Assembly (NCBI GenBank): GCA_964016885.1
Contig: OZ024751.1
Coordinates: 40,114,001-40,178,000 of the forward strand
Origin: Eledone cirrhosa
Lineage: Eukaryota
Length of the DNA stretch: 64,000 nt
Direction of reading: 5' to 3'
Notes under the pieces: model-generated
Told to the model about the DNA's origin: nothing
Databases searched by the model: none
Seen by the model: only the letters and a program-made list of their open reading frames with translations
Program-made: the position numbers and the translations under genes
Shown: positions 38,978 to 51,534 of the stretch, piece by piece
How positions within the stretch are numbered: position 1 is the first letter of the stretch
Layout of the letters: each line of letters begins with the position of its first letter

Positions 38978-39022
38978 CACCTAATACCAGTATTTCAGGA
39001 TTTTTATCCATCCTCAGTGACT
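38978..39022 (-). ncRNA. Degenerate hammerhead motif (stem I lost)
   Basis: Minus strand reads CTGAGGA tGGAT-aaaa-ATCCt GAAA TACtgGTA TT. Confidence 0.4.
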
Positions 39023-39354
39023 TGTTTACACCCACACTGAGACATGTATATTATACATAAACATATTGTATATGCTTTCATATATGCCTATATTATGAAT
39101 TACATTGTATTAGTGTTAATTTTCCTTAATATTATCACACATACACCAGTGCCAGAACAGACATACATCTGTCTGCAATCACACATACACGTTTGCATAC
39201 AATCACACGTCAGCATACAATCACACACACAAGCCCAGGTATTGTTGGCAGTGGTATAGAAATGGCTCAGTGACAATGGATATAAATTACCAGATCATAT
39301 ATCTCAAAGTTCCATTCCTTTGCAGGTCTTACGTTCCCTATACACACAACTACA

Positions 39355-40090
39355 CTACATCAGTTGACTGAGGTACCAGGAATAGACGAGGTACTACATC
39401 AGTTGATTTAGATGTCAGGGATAGACAAGGTACCACCCCAGTTGACTGAGGTACCAGGAATAGACGAGGTGCCACCCCAGTTGACTGAGGTACCAGGAAT
39501 AGACGAGGTGCCACTCCAGTTGACTGAGGTACCAGGAATAGACGAGGTGCCACCCCAGTTGACTGAGATACCAGGAATAGATGAGGTGCCACCCCAGTTG
39601 ACTGAGGTACCAGGAATAGACGAGGTGCCACCCCAGTTGACTGAGGTACCAGGAATAGACAAGGTACTACTCCAGTTGACTGAGGTACCAGGAATAGACA
39701 AGGTGCCACCCCAGTTGACTGAGGTACCACCCCAGTTGACTGAGGTACCAGGAATAGACAAGGTGCCACCCCAGTTGACTGAGGTACCACCCCAGTTGAC
39801 TGAGGTACCAGGAATAGACAAGGTGCCACCCCCGTTGACTGAGGTACCAGGAATAGACGAGGTGCCACCCCAGTTGACTGAGGTACCAGGAATAGACAAG
39901 GTGCCACCCCAGTTGACTGAGGTACCAGGAATAGACAAGGTGCCACCCCAGTTGACTGAGGTACCACCCCAGTTGACTGAGGTACCAGGAATAGACAAGG
40001 TGCCACCCCCGTTGACTGAGGTACCAGGAATAGACGAGGTACTACTCCAGTTGACTTAGATGTCAGGAATAGATGACGTACCACATCAGA
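39355..40090. repeat. Minisatellite with 39/21-bp units
   Basis: CAGTTGACTGAGGTACCAGGAATAGACGAGGTGCCACCC. Confidence 0.95.
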
Positions 40091-40239
40091 TCATGAGGTC
40101 AGCACCCTAACCACTAAGCCACATGCTATGTATGTATGGTGAATGGTGAATGATGGGGTCCATAATTTTGAGGACAGATGCATAGAGTACGGGATGTGTG
40201 TAAGCAATGCCCTGGTGTATCTCTCAAATGATCGGTGTC

Positions 40240-40482
40240 TCCATTAAATTGATGTGCCCTGAGTGTGGAAAGGTGTGCTTGAGCAAATTTGGTCTCAGGA
40301 GCCATAGTCACAGCCATGTTCAAAGAGAACCAGTCAACTATGATCTCCATGGTATTTTGAAGGTTCACAGGCAACCTGATGTAAGACCTGAAGCCAGTGA
40401 GATGCATAGTTGTCGTCAATGTGCAAAGGTGTGCAAGTCTCTAGCAGGCTGGAAAAGCCATATCCGAGCGTCACACATCTGA
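40240..40482 (+). mobile_element. Two C2H2 zinc fingers, probably the C-terminal end of an RTE-like LINE ORF
   Basis: CPECGKVCLSKFGLRSHSHSH and CRQCAKVCKSLAGWKSHIRASH, then a stop. No TGEKP linker. Confidence 0.55.
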
Positions 40483-42878
40483 ATCTGACAAACGATTGCA
40501 ATACTCTTAGCAGAGTTTGCAGCCATCATGTATGTATATAATCTGGTTAGTTATCTTCTAATTTTTATCCCTGAATTGAAAAAGAAAAAAAAACTGTGTC
40601 AGTAATACAATACTACATTTGACAACCAACTCTAATGTAGAGATGTTTAGAATTGATTAAAGAGAGAGAAACTCCACGTAGACTGTTTCATATATATAAT
40701 CAATCAAGACTGACTAGAGGAATTAGATTAAAGGGAAAATCAGTACAGTTAAGTAAACCATCTGAAGGAGCCTGTGTCTGCTAGAAGCAGTAGCCAAATC
40801 TACCCTAAATCACACCCCATCACTAACATCATTTAGCCCTTTATCATTTACATTACTCTATATATACTATTGTATTTTTGCAGTAAAGGCTTTACCTCAC
40901 ATATTTATCTCATATAATATCGAATCTATGAGATTTTGATATTATTTATTTTGAGAACAATACCTTAAGATCAGTATAAGGGGCCGGTTAAGGCCGGTTT
41001 GAACAGAAAGAAGTGAGAGTATTCTGACTGGATATGGCCAGTTAATGTCTGTCTTTCTTCTAGTAAGGGTTAGATGAGTCTTCACAGACCTAGTCAGTAC
41101 TCAAGTCGAGATACTGACCCCTCTCAGATGGGCCAGGGGTCTACATTTTACTTATATACACTCCTGTGCTCTGCTGAGTGCATTTTATCATGGCACCAGT
41201 ACCAGGGACGTTATGTCTTTGGTACAACTGAAGAGTCCTCGTGATCTTCTGTTAAACCAGTTTTCTAAGGCTGGATGCCCTTCCTATCACCAACCACTTT
41301 ACAGCTTGCACTGGGTGCATTTACCATATAGATCATCAATATTAGGTAGGTTGTTATGTCTTTGACAAAACCGAAGAGTGATATAACTATAGAATCATTA
41401 TAAAACACACTAATTTCAAAAATATATAAAAATCACACTCAAGTAACTATATATATATATATATATATAAATGGTTTTGTGTTCATAAGCGTTCCAACCT
41501 TGACTACCCTGTTTTAGGACATAATTACTCTTCTTTTTTTAGCGTGAGATTTGGTGGAGGTTTTGGCTGCTCTTTCTAGCAGTTCAAGCGACCACATTAG
41601 AGGCTAACTCGTTAGATCGTTCTCATGCTGGTTGTTATTGTTGTTGTTTAGCTCCAAGCCAGTTCCGGTCGAGCTGACCTATCACCAAAGACGTTACAAC
41701 CGTGGCTATCCGGTCTTTTGCATTAACAGTTTATCCGAAACTAACTCCATTGCTGACAATGGTCTTCCTTTAAAGACAGTAGGGTAGGACTCGTAGGAAA
41801 TTTATTTAGCTGCTCTTTCTACTAGTAAACCACCTTGTAATTCTCTCGGTTAGATTAATTAGAACGATGATTCTGATTAAAGAAAACAATATTCACCGGC
41901 TATTCCATCTGCCTGTGTGTGTCTATATTTTTATTGATAATGATGAATTGAAATCAATCATCGTAGCGAATTTCAAACCACGTTTAAACCGATGAATTAT
42001 CGAACTTATCCTTAATTATTTCCCCCATCACCTTCTTCCTGCTTCACAACACATACACAATGCGGTGATAATGAGTATTAGAAATGTCAGCCTCTCAACG
42101 ACATCATACAATACAATCGTATTTCACTTCTCCATTCATTCTCTTGAAAATTCAAACTTTGATTAGCAGACCGTTTATAGTCAATCAAAAATGTACTTAA
42201 AAAGGTTCGATCTTGTTTCGTTTGAAGAAAAAAAAAATACTCTGACAAACAAACAATTAACAGACACTGCGGTTAGAGTTCATTGTTACTAAATCATCAT
42301 TATTATTATTACTATTATTGTATAAAGAGTGGGCAACTGTAGCGAAAATGACAAGAGTGGACGGTTCTACTCTCAGCCTGAACGTGTAGGTCGGAAAAGA
42401 AAGATTGAAAGAGGGCACTCCTCCATGGCAATCAGAGTGACCGGTAGTTTAGGATGTTCCTATTTGGAGGTTCTTTAATATAACGAAGACTTTTTATCTT
42501 CAATATGTATACTATATACACTTTGTTTATTTTTCTCATCAGATTTTTATGTAAACTCCAACACTTTTATAATCCTTCTTCCTCATTCGGTGTCCTTCTG
42601 GCAAATAAAACAAATCATTGGACTTATTGACAAACTAACACGACTGCCATGCATATTCTCTCTTCTCTTTGGTTAAAGAGGAAAAACCAAGGTTAAGCTC
42701 TGTTGTTTTTGTTTAAATAAACAAATATTTATCATCCGTGAATGCCTCATGATTCAATCATTTAATTAAAGTGTTATTAACCTACTTGCAGACAGGGAGA
42801 GTCATTCGATGAACAATATATCATATAAATAATAGTTTTGTTCAGTTTAGCAGAATATATATAATATATATATATATA

Positions 42879-42955
42879 CAGGGTGTCCCCCTAAAAGGTA
42901 TACACACTTCAACAGCATTCTAATCAAAGTGTGTATACATTTTTGTGACACCCTG
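42879..42955. mobile_element. Miniature Tc1/mariner-type MITE (77 bp); partial copy at about 50610-50686
   Basis: TA-CAGGGTGTC...GACACCCTG-TA termini, with an internal inverted GTATACACACTT / AAGTGTGTATAC. Confidence 0.75.
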
Positions 42956-43197
42956 TATAAGGTAAGAAAAAGAAAATGTTATCAGCTATTGAATATTGAA
43001 GGCGGTGCCCCAACAGAGCCGGAGATAAATGAATGAAATCAGTAAAGTAATAATATTAAATGTTTAAATTTGTATCTAATACAGATGAAATAGGTGAAGT
43101 AAGTTTATAGATGGTCGGAGTCTGATGACACGTGCAAATGGTAGGAGAGAGATGCTGAAATATAGATCGTTATATTTATTCCTATGGTGACAAAACA

Positions 43198-43378
43198 AAG
43201 ATTTTGGGAAAAGATGAAATGCACATCTAATGTAAGTTTCGTCTTTTCTCATAATGAAACTTACATTAAATGTAAATTTCATCTTTCCCCCAGATGAAAC
43301 TTACATTAAATGTAAGTTTCATCTTTCTCCAAGATGAAATTTACATCAAATGTAAGTTTCATCTTTTCCCAAAATCTT
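43198..43378. repeat. Tandem array of self-complementary units of about 42 bp, itself forming a palindrome
   Basis: Units read AATGTAAGTTTCATCT-loop-AGATGAAACTTACATT. Outer arms are AAGATTTTGGGAAAAGATGAAA and TTTCATCTTTTCCCAAAATCTT. Confidence 0.85.
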
Positions 43379-43749
43379 AAAATGAAAACAAATCTACATT
43401 AAATTGAAAGCAAAAGTATAAATTCCTTATTTCTTATTTAAAATAGTATATGTTTATGTTAAAGTGTCAATGTGGTTTGGATTTTAGTTTCATTAAAAGA
43501 CTTCAAAATAAATAGGATATGAAGTATGTCTATTTAAAAACAAACAAACGAATAACAGAAATAGTTGTAAAGTAGTTATATACATATATTATAAATGAAT
43601 ATTATTAAAGATACACAAAATAAAACAGAAATTATCCATGATAGGGTTTAAAATATCTTAAGAAATCAACAAGAGTTTGGAGCGACACATAAAAAAACAA
43701 CAACCCTGTGTTATTTTTTTAAAGAAACAATACGTAAACCATTTTCTAC

Positions 43750-43908
43750 CTCCATGGCTTGTCCTAATTCCAAGTCAAATGTAACAACACAAGCACAATG
43801 AAGCCAATTTGAGAAACGGTCCCATGGTAATAAGGTAGGAGACTTAGAATTGGTCTCTGTGAACTGCCGAAGGACAGCGGTTTCGAAGTCTTCGTCCATA
43901 GCGGCCAT
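43750..43908 (-). CDS. DENND6: DENND6 coding exon 1 (MAAMDEDF...[25 protein letters not shown])
   Basis: The [26 protein letters not shown] motif matches the N-terminus of DENND6A/B as I recall it. There is an in-frame TAA upstream and a GT donor at 43749. 159 nt, phase 0. Confidence 0.93.
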
Positions 43909-44158
43909 TCTCCAAAAAACCTGCTGGAGCAATGACGACCTTCACCATTACATTTTGTCTGCCCAAGTTTCGCATCTGTTCTCATCCTGCCTGAAAACTA
44001 TCTTACTAAATTAAATAAATATTATTAAAATTTCAGAAAAAAAATAATTTCAATAAATCTCAACATAATTTTAAGCAAACCAATTATAATATTACACATA
44101 TCTATTTTTTTATGGAAATATATATATGTGTGTTTCTGTGTCAATATATATATGTATG

Positions 44159-44189
<31 letters not shown>

Positions 44190-44192
44190 GTA

Positions 44193-44269
<77 letters not shown>

Positions 44270-46377
44270 AGTGTGTGTGTGTATGTGTATGTATATAATT
44301 ATATATATATATACACATGTGTGTGTGTGTGTGTAGAAGCATCGGAGGAGGAGGAAGTACTTGTATAGTCATTTATATTATGTATATGGAAGTGGTAGAG
44401 GAGAGAGGAGAAGGAAGTGGCTGTATCGTTAGTTATTCCTACTACTATCGTTATCATCATTACAGTAATCATTACCACACATACATATATACATACTCAC
44501 CAATAGACACACACACAATCACATAAATAAAGACCAATACGCACACACAATCACATATATACTGACCAATGCACACATACACACTCACCAATACATGCAT
44601 ACACTCCCACATACATACTCATTAATACACACCCACACTTATCAATACTCACCAATACACACTCACACACCCGTATACATACTCATCAACACAGATACAT
44701 ACTCACCAATACACATACATACTCACAGAGTTATTTCCATCATCTCACTACAGAGATTTGAAAACGAGGCTTTGGAATGATATTTCAACATGGCTGTCTC
44801 CTGATCAGTAAGGCTCACGACTAAAACAACTCAATGACGGGTATGTTATTTCTACTTTCATCTGCATTCATATTTCACGGGAACAATCACTATTTTACAC
44901 ACATCATCCATACATACATTCACTGCAATATTTCACTTTTGCTTTCGTTAACGGACATTTTTTTCCTTCTCTTCTGATGCGTCTGGTGATTCTCTGATAC
45001 AGTACAGTTGTATGTGTATCTTTCTCTCTCTACCGAACAAGACAACCGTCTGTCTCTTCTTATCTCAAATATATTCTATGTCTTTATTTGCAATTCACTC
45101 AGGGTATTTTTGTCGAGCCCTTTGATCGTTCTATCTCTCTATTATATTATTTTATGCTTTCATTAATCAAATAAGTAATATATAATACATATGTATTGTT
45201 ATATCACCGATCATCGTTGAGAGATCGCTCTGTTGCGTTTAGCTTTTTATGATATATATATTATTTATATTTTGCTAGACGAAAGTATGTCGACAGCAGT
45301 GCGCTGTTTTATACATACAAATCTCTGGAAAATTTAACTATTTTATAATCATTTATCATCATTATCATTGTAAAAACCTTTATTTAAAAATAACCCATCC
45401 CTCTCCAATTATAACCTTTATTTTTCATACCTCACCTTCAGTTTCCTCGTTGAATAAGTGTTTATTCATTCACTTAAGCAATCGTTCGCCTAAAATATTA
45501 CACTGCTATTTAACTATTTAACAGGTATGTGTTGTTAGTTTCTTTTTATTTTATCTTAAATTAAAATATCTGGAAAATACTTTAACCATCCGAACTGTGC
45601 ATTTGATCTATGTACCTACAAACAATAAGGAGGGTTTCTTTATCCGTAAAAATTATAAATTCATTTCCGATAATTTATTTTAACACCTTTAATACATATA
45701 ATTTTACATTCCATTTTGGTTTGAAAATCATTTCGTTGTATATATATATATAATAGCTGAAACTTCGAAGTCACCCACTTTTCTTTAAAATCTTACACTC
45801 TACTTATACGCATTGAGTGCACATTCAGTTAATAATTTGACCGTTTTATGCACACTAGCAGTGTTTGTATATATATAGCGTGTGTGCTAACGATGGCCTG
45901 TGGTATATATATTTTTAGATAGATATATGTATAACATTCCTTTATTTGTATTATTATTCTTTTTTACGTGTGAGGCTAGAAATACTACGACTAATTAAGA
46001 CAAGGTAGGGTGTTTTGTTGGTATGGTGGCTCTTTTTTCTAGGAAGTTCTTGAAGCCAGCAGTTAGAGAGTAATAATAAAAATATAATCATAAGAAGCTA
46101 GTTTCAGTTAAGTATCTGTTGATATGTCGTGCAACTTCTTGGCCAAACCCAAATTGGAAGAACGTTGGGTTTTGGTGGCTTTCATTTATTATTGTTGTTA
46201 TTATTATTGTTGTTGTTTGTTTCTCTCGTAACTGTTGGGTAATTATTATTGAAAACAATAACAACCAACAACTGCAAAAAACTGAGATGAAAACCTTTGT
46301 ATGTTTCTTTTGAACATTATCGTCCCTGTGTTTGTCGTTGTTTACCCCTAGACCAGTCTTTATCGAATAGATGTTTG

Positions 46378-46416
<39 letters not shown>

Positions 46417-46494
46417 TTAGGCTGCTCTCGAAATTATTGAAAAGTAAACTATATGCTAAATGTTTATTATTCCATCCGTCTCCGAGACCGGCGC

Positions 46495-46530
<36 letters not shown>

Positions 46531-46569
46531 GATATTAATAAATGGAAACTATATTTATAAAACCATATT

Positions 46570-46634
46570 TATTTCATTATACATATTTCAGGGATACCAT
46601 ATTAAATTATGGTATGCCTTCATCAGACAAAATA
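46570..46634 (-). ncRNA. Type I hammerhead ribozyme motif (intact core), same family as 31572
   Basis: Minus strand reads TATTTTGT CTGATGA AGGcATACCATA-loop-TATGGTATcCCT GAAA TATGTA TA ATGAAATA. The 3' flank is homologous to 31633-31675. Confidence 0.85.
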
Positions 46635-46712
46635 CAATATATAACAGTTTTACAAATAGCTTTGACGTACCCTTTTAAAATACAACCATTACTTTTGGAG
46701 GCTGTCTGGATA

Positions 46713-46773
<61 letters not shown>

Positions 46774-47106
46774 GTGTGTGATTTTTAATTTCCAGGGTAT
46801 TTAGTCTAAAGGTTCAATTTCTGTTTTTCCTATGATTCTTTTTGATGTGTTTTGGAACGAATATGGTCTTTCAAAAAAGTCCTAAAATACTGTTTACAAT
46901 GGTTCCCTAATCGGGGCACTCCCTAATGTGTCTCGGAGTCGTCTGTGATTAATATTTACAGAAACAACATGCACCAAACATTCTGTGTTTATGTGGTGGT
47001 CGTTATTGTTGTTTATCCCCAGATCAACTCTTGTCCCAGTAGACAGATCTATCTGATCACCATTGACATCCCAGCTATAGAAAAGAAAAACATTCCGTAT
47101 TATTAA

Positions 47107-48088
47107 AGAAGGGATACGTACATTTCATTTAAGGAAGGGATACGTACATTTCATTTAAGGAAGGGATACGTGCATTTCATTTAAGGAAGGGATACGTGCA
47201 TTTCATTTAAGGAAGGGATACGTGCATTTCATTTAAGGAAGGGATACGTGCATTTCATTTAAGGAAGGGATACGTGCATTTCATTTAAGGAAGGGATACG
47301 TGCATTTCATTTAAGGAAGGGATACGTGCATTTCATTTAAGGAAGGGATATGTACATTTCATTTAAGGAAGGGATACGTACATTTCATTTAAGGAAGGGA
47401 TACGTGCATTTCATTTAAGGAAGGGATACGTGCATTTCATTTAAGGAAGGGATACGTGCATTTCATTTAAGGAAGGGATACGTGCATTTCATTTAAGGAA
47501 GGGATACGTGCATTTCATTTAAGGAAGGGATACGTGCATTTCATTTAAGGAAGGGATATGTACATTTCATTTAAGGAAGGGATATGTACATTTCATTTAA
47601 GGAAGGGATACGTGCATTTCATTTAAGGAAGGGATACGTGCATTTCATTTAACTAAGATATACGTGCATTTCATTTAACTAAGATATATGTACATTTCAT
47701 TTAACTAAGATATATGTACATTTCATTTAACTAAGATATATGTACATTTCATTTAACTAAGATATATGTACATTTCATTTAACTAAGATATATGTACATT
47801 TCATTTAACTAAGATATATGTACATTTCATTTAACTAAGATATATGTACATTTCATTTAACTAAGATATATGTACATTTCATTTAAGGAAGGGATTCGTA
47901 CATTTCATTTAACTAAGATATATGTACATTTCATTTAAGGAAGGGATTCGTACATTTCATTTAACTAAGATATATGTACATTTCATTTAAGGAAGGGATA
48001 CGTACATTTCATTCAAGGAAGATATATGTACATTTCATTTAAGGAAGAAATATGTACATTTCATTTAAGAACGGGATAAGTACATTTC
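47107..48088. repeat. 26-bp minisatellite with two variant blocks
   Basis: GAAGGGATACGTGCATTTCATTTAAG changes to CTAAGATATATGTACATTTCATTTAA near 47650. Confidence 0.95.
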
Positions 48089-49170
48089 CTTTGTATTTTT
48101 TTAAGGCGGTGGGTGTGTAAGTATGTGTATATGTATCTCTGTATGTGTGTTTGATATTGCAGGGAGAATTGTTTTAGCTGCTATTTCGAGCAAATCGAAT
48201 TATTATGTAGTATACGAGTATAGGCTTTCCCTTTCGTTGAGTCATCGTGAAATTCCGTTGTCATTTTACAGGTTATCAGACGAAAACATCTTCATAGTTA
48301 TTTATCTCACTATGATGTGTGTGTGAGAGAGATTCGGAGGTGTGATTTAGCTGCTATTTCTAGCAGGATGAACTATTATGTAGAATAGAGGAGCCTTCCC
48401 GTCGTTGACTAGTGAAATTCCGTTCAGTAGTCAGCTTAATGATTTTCAGACGAAAACATCCTGATAGTTATCTCCTAACCGCAACTTGTATAAATAGTAG
48501 GTGCGTGTGTGTCATTTGAGGTAATGTTTTAGCTGCTATTTCTAGCAGGTGGAACTATTACCTGGAGCTTTACCATAGTTGACTCGTCGTGAAATTCCGT
48601 GGTGTAGTCATTCAGACGAAAATATCCATAGTTAGATCATCACAGCTTGTATAAATATATGTGTGATGTAGCTAACAGTAGCATTTTGGAAAAACACCTC
48701 AAATTCTTCACACTTCACTTCGCTATTTCGACACCATTTCTAACATAAATATATTTTAATTTTACTTCTTCTTCTTCTTCGTTTCTTAATATACCGAGAA
48801 GTCCGGGGGTGGGAGTGGTTTCTTCGTGGATACACGGCCTGCTAAAAGTAGCAGCGAAATTTCACTAAAATGACATATCGCACCGGCTTTAAAGAATGAA
48901 TGACATTTTGACTTATGTAAATATTGACTTTGAGGTATTATCGCTGAAAAGAAAAGACTGGATGGTCTCGGCTGGAATTCTCTTTTGTCATGAGTCCTGA
49001 TCGGTTTATTTGGATTGGAAGGATCATTATCGGTATTTAGCCACGACCCTTTACTTTCTGAGTTCAAATCCCGTCGAAGCTAGCTTTTCTTTTCACCTTT
49101 CCGGAGTCAATAAAAATGAAATACCAATCGAATACTGACAGTTATATATCATCATCATCATCGTTTAACG

Positions 49171-49209
<39 letters not shown>

Positions 49210-49483
49210 TTAACCACATTGGGGATTGGGTTCTGTCAGTATTCTAGTTACATTCCTACGATGCCGAGGAAAATGGCCATACATACACACACACACACAC
49301 ATATATACATATATAATATATGCATATATATATATTATATACACACCCACACATATATAGTGGTAAGAAACTCTCAGGAGAGCTGGACAGCGGAAGGTCT
49401 TCAGAGAAGAACCCCATCCTTAAGCGAGTGTTTTAGCCCTTAACGTTTTACTCAGCTAAAACACTCGCTTAAGGATGGGGTTC

Positions 49484-49542
49484 TTCCCTGAAGACATTAT
49501 AAATTCATACTTCAGAATGAAACAGTACTAGTCATGTAGGAG
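49484..49542 (+). ncRNA. Hammerhead motif of the 32713 family with a weak stem II
   Basis: TTCC CTGAAGA cATT...AAT GAAA CAgtactagtcaTG TA GGAG. Confidence 0.55.
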
Positions 49543-49912
49543 TCACTTCTATTTGAAAATGTATATCTTTATATAGACTTCTTGTAGATATTTGCAACAT
49601 TACTAAAACAAAAAAAATTGACTTTTATATTTTCCTTTTATTATGCTGTGGGTAAGTGTCCAAATTTATTGGCTAAGATTGGCTAATTTATTGGCTAAGA
49701 TCATTATCAGAAAATACACTCACACACACATATCTATATATATATATATATATATCTTCTTTAGGTTTGTTGGTTCACCACTGGATAGAATTGGTCATTC
49801 CGTATGGTCAATCTTGGTGTAATATTGTGGAGAGTACTCAACGTAGTGCAGTTCACCCGTCTTCGTTTGTGTAGTTGGTGGTGCGAATACGGAGTTAATT
49901 ATAAATAAAGTT

Positions 49913-49999
49913 ACAGGAGGCTGGACTGGTGTAAATCCTTGAAAGGTTTATTATACTATAATAAACCTTTCAAGGATTTACACCAGTCCAGCCTCCTGT
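49913..49999. repeat. Perfect 87-bp palindrome (43+1+43)
   Basis: ACAGGAGGCTGGACTGGTGTAAATCCTTGAAAGGTTTATTATA, one C, then its reverse complement. Confidence 0.95.
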
Positions 50000-50048
<49 letters not shown>

Positions 50049-50498
50049 AAGGAAAACAAACTGTTTAAAACTTAACATATACACACAAAAACAACAGGCA
50101 GATTAAAATTGAACTTACACACACATATACACACATATACACACACAGCAATAAGTACACACTCATCAAAAGAAGCAATGGATGTATGGTGTAGAGATGA
50201 CGTTGTGTCATTGTTGTTTACAAATAAATCATATTACACCGATATCTTTATATAGTTACGTACGTAAATTGACAACCAGGCGAAAAGAAGGGGGCGGAGC
50301 ATAATCGCATTTCTTTCCAATAATATACTGTTTACATACGTCAGACGACAAACGTTTATTGTCTAGGTATATATACATGTGTGTGTATGTGTATATATAT
50401 ATATATAGGAAAAGTATGGCCCCGACGGCAGAGCTCAAACCGTTTCGACTGCTATTTCTGCGTTATGGTCTATTTGGTTCCTTACCACAACTCCTTCG

Positions 50499-50562
<64 letters not shown>

Positions 50563-50720
50563 ATGTATATAGTAAACTATGTGACAAGACGAAGATGATG
50601 TAAATTTAACACACTTCAATAGCACTCTAAATAAATATTGCCTGTACAGGTAATCAAAGTGTGTATACATTTTTTGCGACACCTTGTATATATGTATGTG
50701 TATATATACGTGTGTTTGTG

Positions 50721-50751
<31 letters not shown>

Positions 50752-51322
50752 ATGTACTAAGATTTATATATGAATTGTTGGGGCTATCATTTTTGTTTGT
50801 TTGCAAGCAGGGAAAAGTGGACGTAAAATGATGTATCTTAATGTTACTTAATATACGTATCAAATATACATACATATTCATTTATAGTGTTTATATATAT
50901 ATATAGGAATACAACAAACGACTTCGCAAGAGAACAAGTTACAAATGGTATTAAGTTCACACTTAGTGAGAGTGGGGTATATATATATATATATATATAT
51001 ATTTATTAAAATAGTCTTCAAATTTATTATTATTACTATATATATATATATATATATATATATCAGGGTAAAACTAGTTAGACCATTGTTCAACAGAGTA
51101 CTCGATACGACATATATATATGTCAAAGCAGGTAACAAGAAACGAACAAACGAGGATGTAATATGAAGTATATTGGTTTCACGCTTGATGGAAGAAGAAT
51201 GAGTTCTATAGACATCATGTCGGCTATATATATAGTCCTGACCTAGTCGTTTTATGACATATATATGTATACAATATATCAATATATATATAATAAGATC
51301 GATAGTAACAAGTGGTGTGTGG

Positions 51323-51369
<47 letters not shown>

Positions 51370-51534
51370 TACACACCACTTGTTACTTATCACTCGATTT
51401 TATTATAATTTGATAAAATTAAAGACAATACAACATAAAACAACTGTTGAAATACTATGATGAATGAAACTATATATATATATATATATATAAAGTATAT
51501 AAATATATATAAAGTATATAATATATTGTAGTAC

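Noticed and set aside
39350-40084. Repetitive ORFs open on both strands (VPPQLTEVPGID)
   Set aside because: Unit lengths of 39 and 21 bp keep frames open by chance. There is no splice or homology support.
40207-40482. Host C2H2 zinc-finger gene
   Set aside because: Only two fingers, no TGEKP linkers and a pattern like LINE C-terminal fingers. Treated as a retroelement remnant.
42520-42545. CTGATGA followed by GAAA on the minus strand (similar cases near 38650 and 2185)
   Set aside because: No stem II or stem I can form.
50409-51320. CpG-containing islands between TA tracts as a promoter or ribozyme
   Set aside because: They look like repeat-derived cassettes. GAAAC-like motifs lack the CUGANGA core and I found no exon.
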